A stretch of DNA of 62,750 bases, filler included, from Choristocarpus tenellus KU-1152 (GCA_964200185.2; 10 parts of 10 records of this genome joined end to end with filler, not necessarily neighbours in it); one strand, 5' to 3'. Positions 37,638 to 51,157 are shown, counted from the whole stretch's first letter. Translations and numbers: made by a program. Notes: generated by a model not told the origin, from the sequence alone.

Positions 37638-39896
37638 GTATTTTAACAATCCCAATAAAGGGTAAAACCACACACCAATTCGTACAATTGCAGATGGAGA
37701 CTTTGTTGTTTAGTTGTGGAGCGAGTCTCTTTGTGTCTGGAAAAAGGGGCGAAATATTAATTTTGTGCACAATATTGTGTACATGAATGAAGCTATGAAA
37801 CAGAGTGCATTGTGCAGGGTAAGAAGTATGGCTTACAATACAAAATGGGTCCAAACCTGCCTACCTCTCAATTGGTTCGGACCAATGATACATCTCTTGT
37901 CCTTCTTCTAATCTCTCCTGCCTCTTTACTTTACTCCTCTTTTTCGTGACTCCAAGGGCCAATGCTCTATTTATCCTTGTGCTATCTCCGTGGGGGTTCT
38001 AAATAAAATATTTCTGGTCCAAAACTCGATAAACATCATCAAGGTCTTGGATAGAAGGATAGAAATCTTCAAAAGACAACAAGCTGGTTTGTGTTTTGAG
38101 GCACCATATACATACTTTTACTACTCAGTGTATTAATAGGCCACTCTCCTACATAACTGCTTGAGTAGAGCCGGATCATACATCATTCAGAGCCTTCTCA
38201 TTGATCCAATGGCCAACCGAACTTGACAGAACTGTCCGTGCAAACAAGGTCTTTTTCCTGCTTTCTTACAAGATCTTTCTTGTGTGGGGGTCAAGGGGGG
38301 CTGCTGGCAGGGCCAAGTGACTTGAAGCCCCTTGGGACTGGACTGACTGGGGTGGAACAATCATGTTGGTCACATGTTAACCTCTCTGTTTTGATGACAA
38401 TAGTGTCAGTGTTTCACTCAAGCACTGCAAATATAATGTACTATCATAGTACCGTATTTAGAGTGCCGTCCTGAGAAAGACAGTACTATCAAGTAGTTTG
38501 TTCGCTTCTGATTTGTGCAACAAATAAACAGTAATTCCATCCTAGAGCTCAAAATAATAGTCACAATTTCTGTGATGCCGTGGCACTAAATAGAACAAAC
38601 GCTTGTGGTTTTCACACAAAAATAAAAAACTCAGAAAATACTTCTTACAACCTACGTATGTTCCATACACCTGGAAAAATAAGCAATTTTTTTTTGAGAG
38701 CTTTCTGTTGATTGCAAAGGGACGGATTGGTTGCCTAAATCAAACCTGTATAATCCACACCTCAGAAAGTGCGACATTCTCTCCATTCAGCTGGACTCTT
38801 TTGTTTTAAACACGAGTCAGTATTGTTTAGACAGCAGACAGATAAACTATTGAGCAAATAACCTCAAGGGTTTTCCTGATAGGGGATCACATAGGAAAGG
38901 TAAGTGAGCTCAAGGGTTGTCCAGACAATAACTTGTTACAGGGGAATTGACTCCAATTATTGTCCTTCACAATGTGTTGGCTAATTATCAGAGCAAATCC
39001 CCCTTTGAGTGTTTGGGGAAGAAAGGCAAACATCCAGATTCAATGACTTGTCCTGGACACTGAACTTTGTTACAAGCACACACAATGATATTATCAACAC
39101 TGCTCCCATGGTATAACATCTACAGGATGGGGTTATGGTGAATTGTGCATCAGTGCATGCTACTCATCACCCATCATCTTTCTGACATTTCTTCACCAAG
39201 GTGCCTGGAATGGGAGTTTTTGTGGTGGAAAAGGTCAGAGAATATCAATGACCTCACCTAGAATGTTCCCCACATTGTAAAAGATAACGGAGGACTGAAG
39301 AAGATCGACCCAGGCGATACAGATCAACATGCCAAAAGCGCTGATCTGTCAAAGGACATCATAGCCCACAAAGTTTGACCAAGCTTCCACGCAACACTAT
39401 AAATTATTATTATTATATTTGATTATATTACCCGTTGCTGAGAGTTGCTTCCTCTAAGGTAAGTTACTCTCCAATCTGCACCTGATCTTCTCAAGATCCT
39501 AATATTTGTCCAATCTCTGCAACGGATTCTTCCACAACCCAAGGGTGCTTTGTCTCCAAACCTTGACTCCCTCAATAGGTCTGCTCGCTCACCCCAAATT
39601 CCTTGAGCCACAATACTATTCATATATACTGAGACAAAGTAGGTTACAAGGTACTCAGTTATTGAACATCTTGCATTATATGCCAGTTTTCAATCTTTTA
39701 CAATTCACCCCTATTTCTATAGATGGAGTGCTAAGTTTGACTTGAGAGGGTTTATTTTCTTTTAACAAAAAAAAAAAATTAGGGAAATATCCTGTACCTG
39801 TGTTGTAGGTATGAAGATGATCTGTTCATGTTGTTGTTAGCATTCACAAAATGCAACTCACTCTGGGTACCTCTGGTTTACTTTGACTTTGACTCA

Positions 39897-39932
39897 GACC
39901 CAAAGTATCTGGGGGGGGGGGGGGGGGGGGAG
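39897..39932. mobile_element. MITE family B terminus near contig end
   Basis: GACCCAAAGTATCT followed by poly-G. Confidence 0.75.
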
Positions 39933-40093
39933 GGCACCAGCGGGGGCTCGTCTTGTGAGATAGACAAAAAAAATTATATATTTTTNNNNNNNNNNNNNNN
40001 NNNNNNNNNNNNNNNNNNNNNNNNNNNNNTTAATTAATTAANNNNNNNNNNNNNNNNNNNNNNNNNNNNNNNNNNNNNNNNNNNNGGGAGGGG

Positions 40094-40131
<38 letters not shown>

Positions 40132-41403
40132 GGGGGGGGGAATGGGAGCATCGTTGCAGTGATGCATAGTTTTTGTGCACTTAGTATCCGATGAAGTAAC
40201 TCTTCATGTTCACGGAAGTACAGTATGATTGGACACTCAGACATCTCCAATATTTCTAATGTACTCGGAACCGTTTTTTTCTCTTCATATTTTTTTTTGC
40301 TGCCTGTGAGTGTAACGCGATTATGTATTTATGAAATTCGGAAAATATAGAAATAAAAGGAAGAAAAAAAGAGAACAATGGCAGGGGAAAAAACCCAACA
40401 TATATACTGGACACGAACCACAGTGCAATCGAGACAAGAAATGAGACAATATTGCAAATACATGACTCACTTGACTCTGTTTAAAATAGGTGATATAATT
40501 TGGAAAATGTCATTTGAAATGTTAGCAGCACTCACGGTGTATACCTCTTTCACTCTCACCATTTCTAAAAAAACATATATATTCACAGTACATTAAAAAA
40601 AATTAGTAAAATGGTCCATAAAAAAGAACATCCATATGTACCCCTATTCACAGGTTAGGGTTCAGCTTGGGGTAAAATGATGAGGGGCAACACCTACGCA
40701 TAATAGAAAGGGCATAACCAGCATACCCCTTTGTAGTTTCTAGAACTATGGGTGTGCGTAGAGTGATTTTCGTTTGGTGACGTGTTATTGCAGCATTCCG
40801 GATATCCAAGAAAGAAAGTCTGCAGCAAACATTCTTGTGCATGAAGAATGTGTAGTGGTTTCTCTTGTCTAGACACGCGGGTGCTTCAATTCATTTGCCA
40901 CTTGTGACGAGAGCTTTAGCGCATGCACAATTATACAGCGTTCATGACAAGGTGAGGGGCACCGAAAGTCCAAAAAATAATCAACCCTTGTATGGTGTGA
41001 ACCGTCCACATCCACGAGTTCAGGCAAGGAGTTCGAGCACTTTTGAGGTTGGATTGAGGGGCAGACTCATTTACCAAGGTTCAAAATAGAGAATGGGCAT
41101 GGGCAAACAGTGAGGATAGGATCACGGACTTACTAACATATGGATCAGTACATAGGTCCACCTCATATCAGGGGGTGTGGTACACAGACAGCGATGCCAT
41201 GCTAATGTTGCAACGAGCAAAAAAGATGTGTCAATAATATTGCCAAGCCTACACGGGACACATTGTTTTGGCACAACATCGGTACCGTTAAATACAGTCA
41301 AGTGAGAATGGAGTGGCCATGAGACTTTATTCAAGGGTGAGAGAGTATAGAAAGCTTGTATCAGCAGCATGTTTCTTCTTCGTACCTCCGGCGCTCATCT
41401 CAC

Positions 41404-41847
41404 CTCCTCGTAGGCATCTTCCGAGGCTGTATCATCAACTATATCCACGAAGTACACGGAGACGCTAGTGTGATCAAAGTCAGGGTACGTCTCGGACCTG
41501 TGGATTAGCTCGCTGACCTTTTGTTGGCGAAGCTTCTTGGCGTTCTTCCCAAACACAAAGAGCATGGCGTCGATCACGTTAGACTTTCCCGAACCATTGG
41601 GGCCCACGATGGACGAGAAGCACTTATGGAAGGGGCCGATCTCCCTTGTCCCCCCGTAAGACTTGAAGTTCTTCATCGTCATTTTGGTGATGAGCAACCT
41701 CGACTTGCCCTCCTCTGACATTCCGCTCTTGTCTGTGCTCTCTATCCCTAGCGATTCCCGAACCAAAGAAAACTCTGCAATGTTTCCTTCATCCTTCGTA
41801 ACACCTGTAACACTGACATCCATGTCGGCATCTTCCTGGGACTCCAT
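41404..41847 (-). CDS. SMC4: Condensin subunit SMC4, exon 1 (N-terminal ATPase head)
   Basis: RLLITKMTMKNFKSYGG..IGPFHKCFSSIVGPNGSGKSNVIDAMLFVFGK.AKKLR..KVSELIH contains Walker A and SMC4-typical motifs; ends at a GAG|GTGAGA donor. I could not find the next exon on this contig. Confidence 0.95.
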
Positions 41848-42212
41848 AGTCTAAAATCCTACTGGTCACCACTCCTCTCAGCAACAACGAAGAAACTTCT
41901 GTAGTCCCTCGAACGCTACTGCTCAGATGTTTCCAAAAATCGACGTAGATTGAAACCGAGGGGAATTTTTGTAATGGTCAGTCCGATCTTGAACACAGAC
42001 TGCGGAACTACCCCCTTCTATCACCTTAAGAGCCTGTCGTTGTCGTACCTAAAACCTTGAGATGACGAAAATCAAAAACTCACAGTTTGAGAATTTTGAA
42101 AATAAACCACCCTGGATGGCGTTATACAAAAGACTGTTGGACGGACGGATGGACATCATATTCTCTATTCAACTCACAGATCTCTACTGGTACAACAAAT
42201 GGAGAGGAAAAC

Positions 42213-42401
42213 ATGAGGTCAACACGCACTCTTCAGCATGGTGCTGCGGCGTTGTTATTTGCGGGATATGTGGGATACGTCGCGGTGAATCGATGTGCTT
42301 TCAACGATGAGAAAAAACTGGAGAACTACAGAAAGAGAAAAGTTGAAGGTCAAGAACAAGCTGCCAGAACACGATTAGAAGTAGATGAAAGGAAAATATG
42401 A
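42213..42401 (+). CDS. Putative 62-aa single-pass membrane microprotein
   Basis: Intronless ATG-TGA ORF: MRSTRTLQHG-AAALLFAGYVGYVAV (hydrophobic)-NRCAFNDEKKLENYRKRKVEGQEQAARTRLEVDERKI (charged helix); starts ~365 bp from the SMC4 ATG on the opposite strand. Confidence 0.5.
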   Translation: MRSTRTLQHGAAALLFAGYVGYVAVNRCAFNDEKKLENYRKRKVEGQEQAARTRLEVDERKI

Positions 42402-44659
42402 GAATGTTGCCTAGTTTTCCACAAACACTAATTTTGGCGAGAAGACGGTCAATATCACATCCAAACAGACAGTGCATTCGGGGGAATTTCTTCCGCATGG
42501 TCACATAACATAAACGCCGGAAGATGCTTTTCTGTAAAATTTCTGGCATTTTTTTAAAGGAATGATGGCGTGTGTTCGTCCTCTGGCGAAGCCTACTTGC
42601 AAATGGGGAGTGTGTTGCAAGCAAGTTGTTTCCTGTCCTTCATGCCATTTTCGCCGACAACGGGTATCTCAGTATAGGTCATGCGAACGCCTTGTGGATA
42701 AATGTCGCCTGTAGATAAGGCTTCTTTAGTATGTGTATAGGTTCCAGATTATTGGCACGCATCAAGGCACTTTGTGGGGAAGGGTTAGAGTCTGAGTTCA
42801 GTGTAATTGGTCTTGATACAACCTTGATTGTGCTAACGGGCATGGTAGCAAGTGCTGTAAGGAATCAAGCCCAGGCATTTTGTCTGGCTTGCGTTTTCTA
42901 CACAATTTAGACTAGGAATATCGTGTGATTGGTAGTTAGGTGCATGGACAAGAATCTGCAGTACTAGACGGCTAAGATTTTTATGTGGTGGTGATAAAGA
43001 ATTCAGGTCTAGGCAAAATGAGCGACAATAAAAGATAGGGGAGGTATCCAACTTTTGGAAGCCACAGAATTGCAACCTAAACACAACAGTGCAATGAAGT
43101 CATACTGTTACACTGTGTCTGCCTCTCCATGTCCCAGACATTAATATTTCAAGTTAACAGTGATAGTTCATCGGCTTCAAGTGCTGACCTTCGTGTTAGT
43201 TATGATGTCACTTGGACCAATCATCACATATCATGAACAATATGCAAATTGAAGAGTATGTGCCCTAACAGAAACAAATTGCCCAGGTACGAAAATATTT
43301 GCCAATGCTGGGTATGATGAGAAGATGCCTTACGCCAAGCTTTATATCTTCAAGAATTTTGAATGTGAGTGCTGGGCTGTGTCACTGAGTCAGGCTATTT
43401 AATAATGGTCAGCAATTGCGTGCAGCAGTGCTGTCCCTGAAGCATGAATACCCCTCATCTCAGTATCATTCTAAAATATAGTTTTATTGCACAACTAATA
43501 TCTTTTTCGTTCTATACTTCTTAATAATATGAAACGGATATAACAACACAAGTGAATAAGTCTGAATGGCTTGTTGCACAGATAATAACCCTTGTCCAAG
43601 GTAGGACAATTTGAGCAAAATGTCATCAATTCTCCAGGAAGGATTTGTTTGCTCTCCTTGTGCCCTGGTCAGGAAGTTGTTTCATTTGAATGTTGTTCAA
43701 CTGAGCGAGATTTATCCAGCAAGAAATCATATTGCAACCGTCGTTAAAGGTCTAGATTAAAAATACGATTTTGTTGGCCAGTAGAATGTGTCTCCATACT
43801 TGGGCACATAGATACAGCGCACTCGAAATGGACTCTGAGGCAGTTCTCTTTGCCTCTGGGCAAGCCAAGGTTGAAGATCTGTTCCCTCGGTCGCTTCACT
43901 GCTCAGGTTTTGTATCTCTTCCACCAGATGTGTGGGAGAATGATTGGATATTGCAGGGGGACTTACGAATCTAGGAATTGGCACTTGTAGACGAGTTTGT
44001 GCAAATTGAACCCTTGTCATGAGTGCAACTTCTACATTCGGGAAACGATCTCAAGGTTGCTTGCCAAAGGGACCAGTGGTGAAATCGTACAAGCCTAGAA
44101 AAATATAAGCAGGTTTACCCCTAGCCAAAAAGGCCAAAGGGTTGAATACAAAGGACACAGAGGGGAGAAAGGTTATGTTTCAAACACTGATCAACCGTTT
44201 GTTTGCAAGAACCTTTTGGACTGCAAACACATTCTGTTACAGCTCTGCCTTGAGCAGGTCGATCTCCCATGACAGATCAAGTTGGTGACCTTTCCAGAGA
44301 GCTAAATATGTCACTCCGTGTGAGGCAAGAGAGGCTCAACATCAGTCAGTGGTGAGCCTTGGCGATGCTAGCAAAGAACAGGTGATGCCTGAGTAGAAAC
44401 AGTTGACCCATAGTATCCTAGAACGGGGATCACACGTCCATCCAGGGCCTGTGTGAACCTGTAGCGATTTTCATGTCATCTGGGTGAATGGGTAGAAATT
44501 AAGGGCAATTTTCTTCATCTTAACACACCTCCCTTTTCCATTCCCCTCCCTGAACCAAATCCAAAGGAAACTCGCACGCAAAGCAGGCATCAAACTGGGG
44601 TATCTTAAACACCCTGTCAAGCCCCGAATAGACAACCTGGGCTACAGAACTCCCTCTCT

Positions 44660-45530
44660 ACGATACTATATTCCAGTTGCTGAAGTTTCTTGAAAAAATC
44701 AGGGATGGATTTGGGTATGTGCCCAGCAAGAGAGTTCTCAAATGTTATAGAGGCATGTTGCACATTCCGCTCAAATATGAAAACTAAACCCCTTACACTG
44801 CAACACGAGAGTGTTTTTCCCCAAGAGAGTTGCTAATCATCCAAACAAAGATGACACAATTGCTCAAGTGTGGTATAAGTGGACCTTCCACTTCAGCATG
44901 GGCAGTAGACATGGTAGCAGCACTGAAAAAGGACAGGTATATGATGAGACCATCAACCAACAATGAGGATTGATAAGCACTATCACGTAACACTAGTGGA
45001 GACCTAGATACTGTGTTTGTGATAGGCCATTATACGGTTCAAACTTCTTCATCACCCAACCCTACATGAGGATTTTTCTGGTTAGACAGCAAAGGAGGAA
45101 AAGCGCAAAACAGCTCTTCACAATAATGCGCATGAACAATTTTATGGATACAACAGATAGAGGTAGGTTTGGTGCTGGAATCCTAACCTTATTTTTTTCC
45201 GGTTGAAAAATACTTTTTAGCAGCTTAGGGGGTTTACTGACCTGAGGATTGGTTGGATGACCTTAATCAATTACTCACACCTGACCATTTGATTAGCACC
45301 CCTAGTACCCCCCTCCCCTCTCTGTTCAACCTTGAACAGGATGGTTTATCATTCGTCTTTCCGAAATCCTCACATCTGTATGCCATCTTCACAAGAATTT
45401 GTAGGAATGCAAGTTGATCAAAATGCAGGTTGGACCCTGCCCCATCAAAAATGGTTGCAATGGTCAAACTAACTCCCCCATTCACTGTTGAGCAGGTGTC
45501 GTGAGACACAAGTTGGTGGTTACCTGTAAT
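44660..45530 (+). mobile_element. Decayed Ty3/gypsy pol (reverse transcriptase); absent from the ORF track
   Basis: In order: FSPRELLIIQTKMTQLLKCGISGPSTSAWAVDMVAALKKD, EEKRKTALHNNAHEQFYGYNR, EDWLDDL, LEQDGLSFVFPKS, EFVGMQVD, PAPSKMVAMVKLTPPFTVEQV. Confidence 0.8.
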
Positions 45531-48214
45531 TGCTACTGCCATACCACCCCTCTTACCTTGTACCTCTACTATTGATAGTGTATACCTTTATGACACTTTG
45601 AAGTATCCATGAAAGTAAGTCCCCAAAATAAAAAATATTCTGGCATCGAAGGGGTTCAAACTAGCGCAACTCATGGAGGTGTACATACTACTTCAAAGTA
45701 GCGAATTGTTCACTGATATTCTGCCAATACAAATTGGGATGAATAAAGGCATGGGGCCAAAGTGATTGGTACGTCGGAACCCATGGAATCCATGAAATCC
45801 GTGCTGGTAGTGGCTAAATGGTTTCATTGCTGGCTCTATACCCCCATTTTTCTACTATTTTGCTGGTTGAGAAATTGAAGGGATGACACGATTCTGCCAA
45901 GGAGACCCCTGTTAATACCCACACCAACCAATGTCATTTGGATGCCCTCCACAATAAATTGCACCTAAAAACATAACTTGTTTGTGCAGGTTGTAAGAGG
46001 TTCGCCATGCTTTGCTATCAAAGACAGGATGTATGAGACAGTTCATACCCAATATATAGTACAATTGGTGCTGATGGCTCCAACTGATATTCCATGCAGG
46101 AAGGAGGGGTATCCATAAAAAAAACGACATCAAAAAAAAACTTTTGGGATCAGAGTAGCAAGGAGCCTTCGACAAACTAAAATATAGCTTTCTTGCTTAC
46201 CTGTTTTGCACATGTCAAGGTTTCCTAGGTTCCACATGAAGCACAAATAGATTATTGAAATATAACTAACTCCAGTCTATGAGCTGAATGAAGAAAATCA
46301 AATCAACAAAAAGTTGCTTGGACAACATTCAACGAGCCAACCACAACTCATTAGCACTGAATGAAAGTGAACGAAAAGGTAGTCAGAGTTGCATTTTGAG
46401 GATACTCACAAATGTCTGCAAAGTTCAGTTTTGTCTTACAAAGGGTGTAGGATATTTTGTTAATTATGTCGAAAAAAATTTGAAACAATACAGAAACAAA
46501 CGCCCTCAACTTAAACTTAGATCTTCATCCATAGAAACATAGTTGAATTGCAAAGATTACAAAAGAGACTTCACATGCAAAACGCCCAAAACGTGGGTAC
46601 CTCTTGTTTACCTTGGCTCACTAAAAAGAAATATACGCAATGCTAGTGAGAAGAACGACCAATCCATCCTAAGGTTCTTGTGAGACATGCCGACATGGCA
46701 GGGTCCCTCCTCTTTTATTCCCCTACGCAAAGCGTACAGAAAATGAAAACAAATCACCGTGGAAAGCATACATTATCTCATTTCTTCCTCTCTCCTAGGT
46801 AGGGGGATTTGGCATACACATTGAGCTCCGCCCATGTCCATTGTGCAAATGGGGAAGAATTGAGGCATTGAACCTCAATTAACATGAGCAATTCATAGCA
46901 CCATTACAACACTATCCTTCTTTTAAAAGTCCCCATCAATTTTCCCTGCACAGCACCCTACTCTCCTTTTGCAACCTTGCTAAACTCCCACAATCGAATC
47001 TTCTTCCACTATATACTCAAAGTAAACATGTACTTACCTTCTACTTGCAGGTATCAGAGTCACCACATCAGTCACTTCTGCAAACTAATAACTATGGACT
47101 GATGCCAAAGAAAACAGAAACAACACAGGCAATAAGATTGAGAGTGTAGGGGAGGGTGTGTACGGGGAGGTTGCACCCTTTTGTCTCAACGAGAAGAGTA
47201 AGCTATTCTCTTTGTGTATAGTATGTTGCGTTTTGCACCATATCCCATACTGTTCAATCTCACAACTTACCACTACGTAATAAAAAGTAAAAATAAACCT
47301 TAGCACCGCTCTATCTCTTACTCTTCCTAAACATTCTATACTCCAGCTAGTTACATGTGTAATACTTAGCACTCCAGGCCAAGCAAAAGATTCTTGCAGA
47401 ATGATGCAAACACGACTTCAGTCATTTGCAATAATAATGCAATAGGTGTCATTCACACTAGAGCCATGGTTGGTGCCCAGCCCGCAGTTGGTGCACCAGC
47501 TGAAGGTAGTCCTGAAAACACAGTGATGACCCAAGGAGCGGTCAGATTGGATCACAAGATGGAGGGTTATATCAGAAGTTAGCTCGATGAGGGGCTGCCT
47601 GCTTCAAGAGGAGATGTGTCAGAAAAGGACCCAAAAGAGGAAAGTAGGCAAAGGCGAGGAGTAAAAGTGATGTAGACCTTGTTGGATAACATACAAAACG
47701 TATATATACCACATACTTCAGACTAGGAGGTTCTGGGGAGTATGGTTGATGTGCCACTTCCTACTGGCAACTCAGTTAAACAAACAAGGATGGTCCTCCT
47801 GGTTGCCAGGATACTTCGAAAGCAGTAATACACCAACTTTCCCAATCAAAATTGCGTCCATCACACCAAATACATCAACATATTATTGTTCAGTGAGGCA
47901 TAGAGATTGGTATGCAGCTGTAAGTACCTCACGTGTAGAGCATGAAGAATAGGAACAAGGTTAAATCACAGGCCTTCTTGCACAGAAACGTAGAAATACT
48001 CTAGTCTCCTTGTATGCGACTATCCGAAGAGTACCTAACCCTAACCCTGCAACCTTTCAGGCAACAGCAAATGACGGTAAAAAAGCACCATCTGAGCTAT
48101 TTGCTAGTAAAGAATAAGTATCTCTACTCAAAAGCTGCCTTTGGCAGAGATTGAGCTTGAGTCGCTGCATTACCGTAGAGTAGCAAAAGATTGCCATGCA
48201 AGTGTGGAAAACAA

Positions 48215-48236
48215 GACCCAGAGTATCTGAGGGGGG
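48215..48236. mobile_element. MITE family B terminus at contig end
   Basis: GACCCAGAGTATCTGAGGGGGG followed by the spacer. Confidence 0.7.
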
Positions 48237-48847
48237 NNNNNNNNNNNNNNNNNNNNNNNNNNNNNNNNNNNNNNNNNNNNTTAATTAATTAANNNNNNNN
48301 NNNNNNNNNNNNNNNNNNNNNNNNNNNNNNNNNNNNCAGTCAATTTTGGGTCAAGCCCATCCTCAATGAAAAGCTCCATCCTCAATTTTTGAAATCGGCT
48401 GTTTGGTGGAGCAATAAAGAATTTAGAGCACATAAAACAAACCATAAAGGATCAGATTGGTGAATTGCCTACAACTTTTACGTTTTCTTGTTGCCGTAGG
48501 CGACACCTTCTCAAGGGGATGCAGAACAAAGGACAACTTGGAGGAGGGTGTGCAATACCTGCAGAATACAGCTCACGACAATATATTGAAAGTACAACTT
48601 GGTCCTGCATGTCACATCATTCATCGTATATGTAAAAACCTCCCAGGTGGAGTCAAAGTTATTGCATAAAGATGCACGAGTGACTCTCCCCCTTTCCCCA
48701 CTCCTGTTTATGGTATCGTTTCAAAGTTCTTCTCCCTTCATAAAAATGACCCAAACATATATCACCTCATCTTAAGTATGCCTCGACATCATTTCATTCT
48801 TCTTACATCCAGATTTTGTGAGCTTTTTCGTCATATTCATGACCACT

Positions 48848-49038
48848 GACCCAAAGTATCTGGGGGGGGGGGGGGGGGGGGGGGGAGTCTACACCAGGGT
48901 GTCCATTTGGTCCAAAATCGGGAAAAGTGTATTTACATTATCCATCCGACGTATGCAACCAAATCACCCCAAAATCGCGATATGAATAAATTGACCCCAA
49001 ATGGACAGCCGCTACCCCCCCCCCAGATACTTAGAGCC
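48848..49038. mobile_element. MITE family B, complete copy
   Basis: GACCCAAAGTATCT(G)24.. ... CCCCCAGATACTTAGAGCC; flanks CACT/CTCT (3 of 4 match). Confidence 0.92.
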
Positions 49039-49649
49039 CTCTGGCCATGTACTGATTCTATAACATACACACACACACCATCAGATATATGCAAACAGAC
49101 ACCAACAAAAAGAAATGGCATCAACAGAGACACAAACTCACCATTGCATTTACATGGTCACTCTGTTACTAACATCATGGGTTGGCCACTCACACGTACA
49201 ACACAGATACATGAGCACACACACATCGTGTAGCCACACATCAATTGCACAACAACAGACAAAACACTATTCTAAATACACTAAACCGAAACCAACAACA
49301 GACAGACGGCTTCATTTTTTTTAATACGAAAATGACACACTCGTAACAACAAGAGAAACACACCATTGTATTTACACACAATCACCCACTACAAATGTCA
49401 CACTCAAGGATGACACAGTACATAAACATAAACAAAAACACGTACACGAATATGTGGCAACACATACCAATTGCATACACAAAAGCAACAATTCTAAATT
49501 GACTGACATTTTCGGACACAGAAAAAAACAAGGAAAATCTCGGCAGTCGCCGTGAAAGGTCCGCGTCAGGGCATGCAGCGCTAAGGACTGGAAAAAAAAA
49601 TGAACCTCTAATTGGTCCCAGTAAGCATGGCGTTTGCGAATGGTGTGCC

Positions 49650-50600
49650 CTTGTAAATATGATCAGCCGACTAAGATTTATCAACTTTGAATATGACACA
49701 CTATATGTCGACTCCTGTGAGGGTAAAGGTGCTGAGTTTGAGGCATATTCCAGGACGTTCCTACAAATAGGGGAGAGTTTTGCAAGCAATAAGTTGATCT
49801 CACTCATAAAGAGGCGAGAGAGGGCGCTGGATACAACAGATTGTCTTCATAATTTATGATGAACAGTAAAATCGAAGCATGGGAGAGTAAGTGCCCAACG
49901 AGCCAGCATATTCTTTGTATCTTGCGTGTAATGAAGATATCGGAGTGTTGTATGGGCAGGGAATAGGTTGAAGTATCGACCCCAGAGATATGGACGGCAG
50001 TGGTTAATGGCATGGACTACCGACAAACCTTCTCTGTATGTAGCCGAGTAATTTTGTTGGGATCCAACGGATTTTTTATCAAACAGGTTCCGATATGTGG
50101 GGAGGTGTCAGTCGGATCATCTAACGTTTTATGAGTAAGAAAATCACCTCTGCCCAGGTCTGATACATCAACATGTACCACGAAAGGTGCGGTAAAATCA
50201 TTCAAAAGAGGGACTGAGGCCAACGCATTTTCAATTCTAGCAATTGCATGACCATAAACTGATGTTCACGATTGACCGACTTCATTAGAAGGGCGTGGGT
50301 TAAACACAAAATGCGTGAATTTTAAGGGGAGTTATGTCAGATCCACATAATGTGGAATGGCTTTCGACAGAATTTGCGCATACGAAGGATGGAATGGGTA
50401 TATTTGGTTATTCAGGGTGTAGGAGGATCAACAATAGCTTGAATGTCAGCCTTGCCAAGGCTTACCCTTGCACTGGAAAATATATGTCCAAGATATTAAA
50501 CTTCTGCCATAGGCGATGGGTCTAAATGGGGGTTTTATAAACACCTTATGACCTTGAAACCCTAGATTATGTATGTCGTGGTTCCTGACTACTTTTTATT
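49650..50600 (-). mobile_element. Decayed Ty3/gypsy pol (RT C-terminus and RNase H)
   Basis: EV*YLGHIFS..IQAIVDPPTP, DFTAPFVVHVDVSDLGRGDFL, INHCRPYLWGRYF..TQDTKNMLARWALTLPCFDFTVHHK..ALSRL. Confidence 0.88.
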
Positions 50601-50820
50601 TAGCCATTGTGAGACCATGTATTGACCGTTTATCTCTTCTGTCTATACCTCAATCAAACCATAAGAGTGAATGATAAAAGTGAGGGATCGAGCATATTTT
50701 ATCTTATTTCCATTGCAGCACCATCCGAGAGCCTCATCATCAGCGTGCAGGCTTGTGGATTAGAACTACGTATCCCAGCATGGTGTGCTGTGGGAGTGTT
50801 TTGTAACATGTAGGTCCTAC

Positions 50821-50977
50821 GGCTCTAAGTATCTGGGGGGGGGGTGGCGGCTGTCCATTTAGGGTAAATTTTTTCATATCGCGATTTTGGGGTGATTTGG
50901 TTGCATACGTCGGATGGATACGAATATTCACTTTTCCCGATTTTGGACCAAATTGACACCCTGGTGTAGACCCCTCC
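50821..50977. mobile_element. MITE family B, near-complete copy running into the spacer
   Basis: GGCTCTAAGTATCTGGGGG.. reverse complement of copy 48848. Confidence 0.88.
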
Positions 50978-51077
50978 NNNNNNNNNNNNNNNNNNNNNNN
51001 NNNNNNNNNNNNNNNNNNNNNTTAATTAATTAANNNNNNNNNNNNNNNNNNNNNNNNNNNNNNNNNNNNNNNNNNNN

Positions 51078-51157
51078 AATCAAATCCCCCAGATAGAGGA
51101 AAAAAAAAAAATGGACCCCAAATGGACAGCCGCCACCCCCCCCAGATACTTTGAGCC
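51078..51157. mobile_element. MITE family B, right end at contig start
   Basis: GACCCCAAATGGACAGCCGCCACCCCCCCCAGATACTTTGAGCC. Confidence 0.82.

Noticed and set aside
45640-45720. tRNA or SINE head (minus-strand GTTTGAACCCCTTCGATGCCA)
   Set aside because: B-box-like and CCA-ending, but I found no A-box, no cloverleaf and no second copy.
25560-47680. Stop-codon reassignment suggested by exon-like frames with single TAG/TAA stops (e.g. near 25640, 38000, 38267, 47580)
   Set aside because: The stitched host genes (CFAP54, SLC35F, SMC4, secreted protein) have no internal stops, and relics also contain TGA stops and frameshifts. Pseudogenisation explains the pattern.
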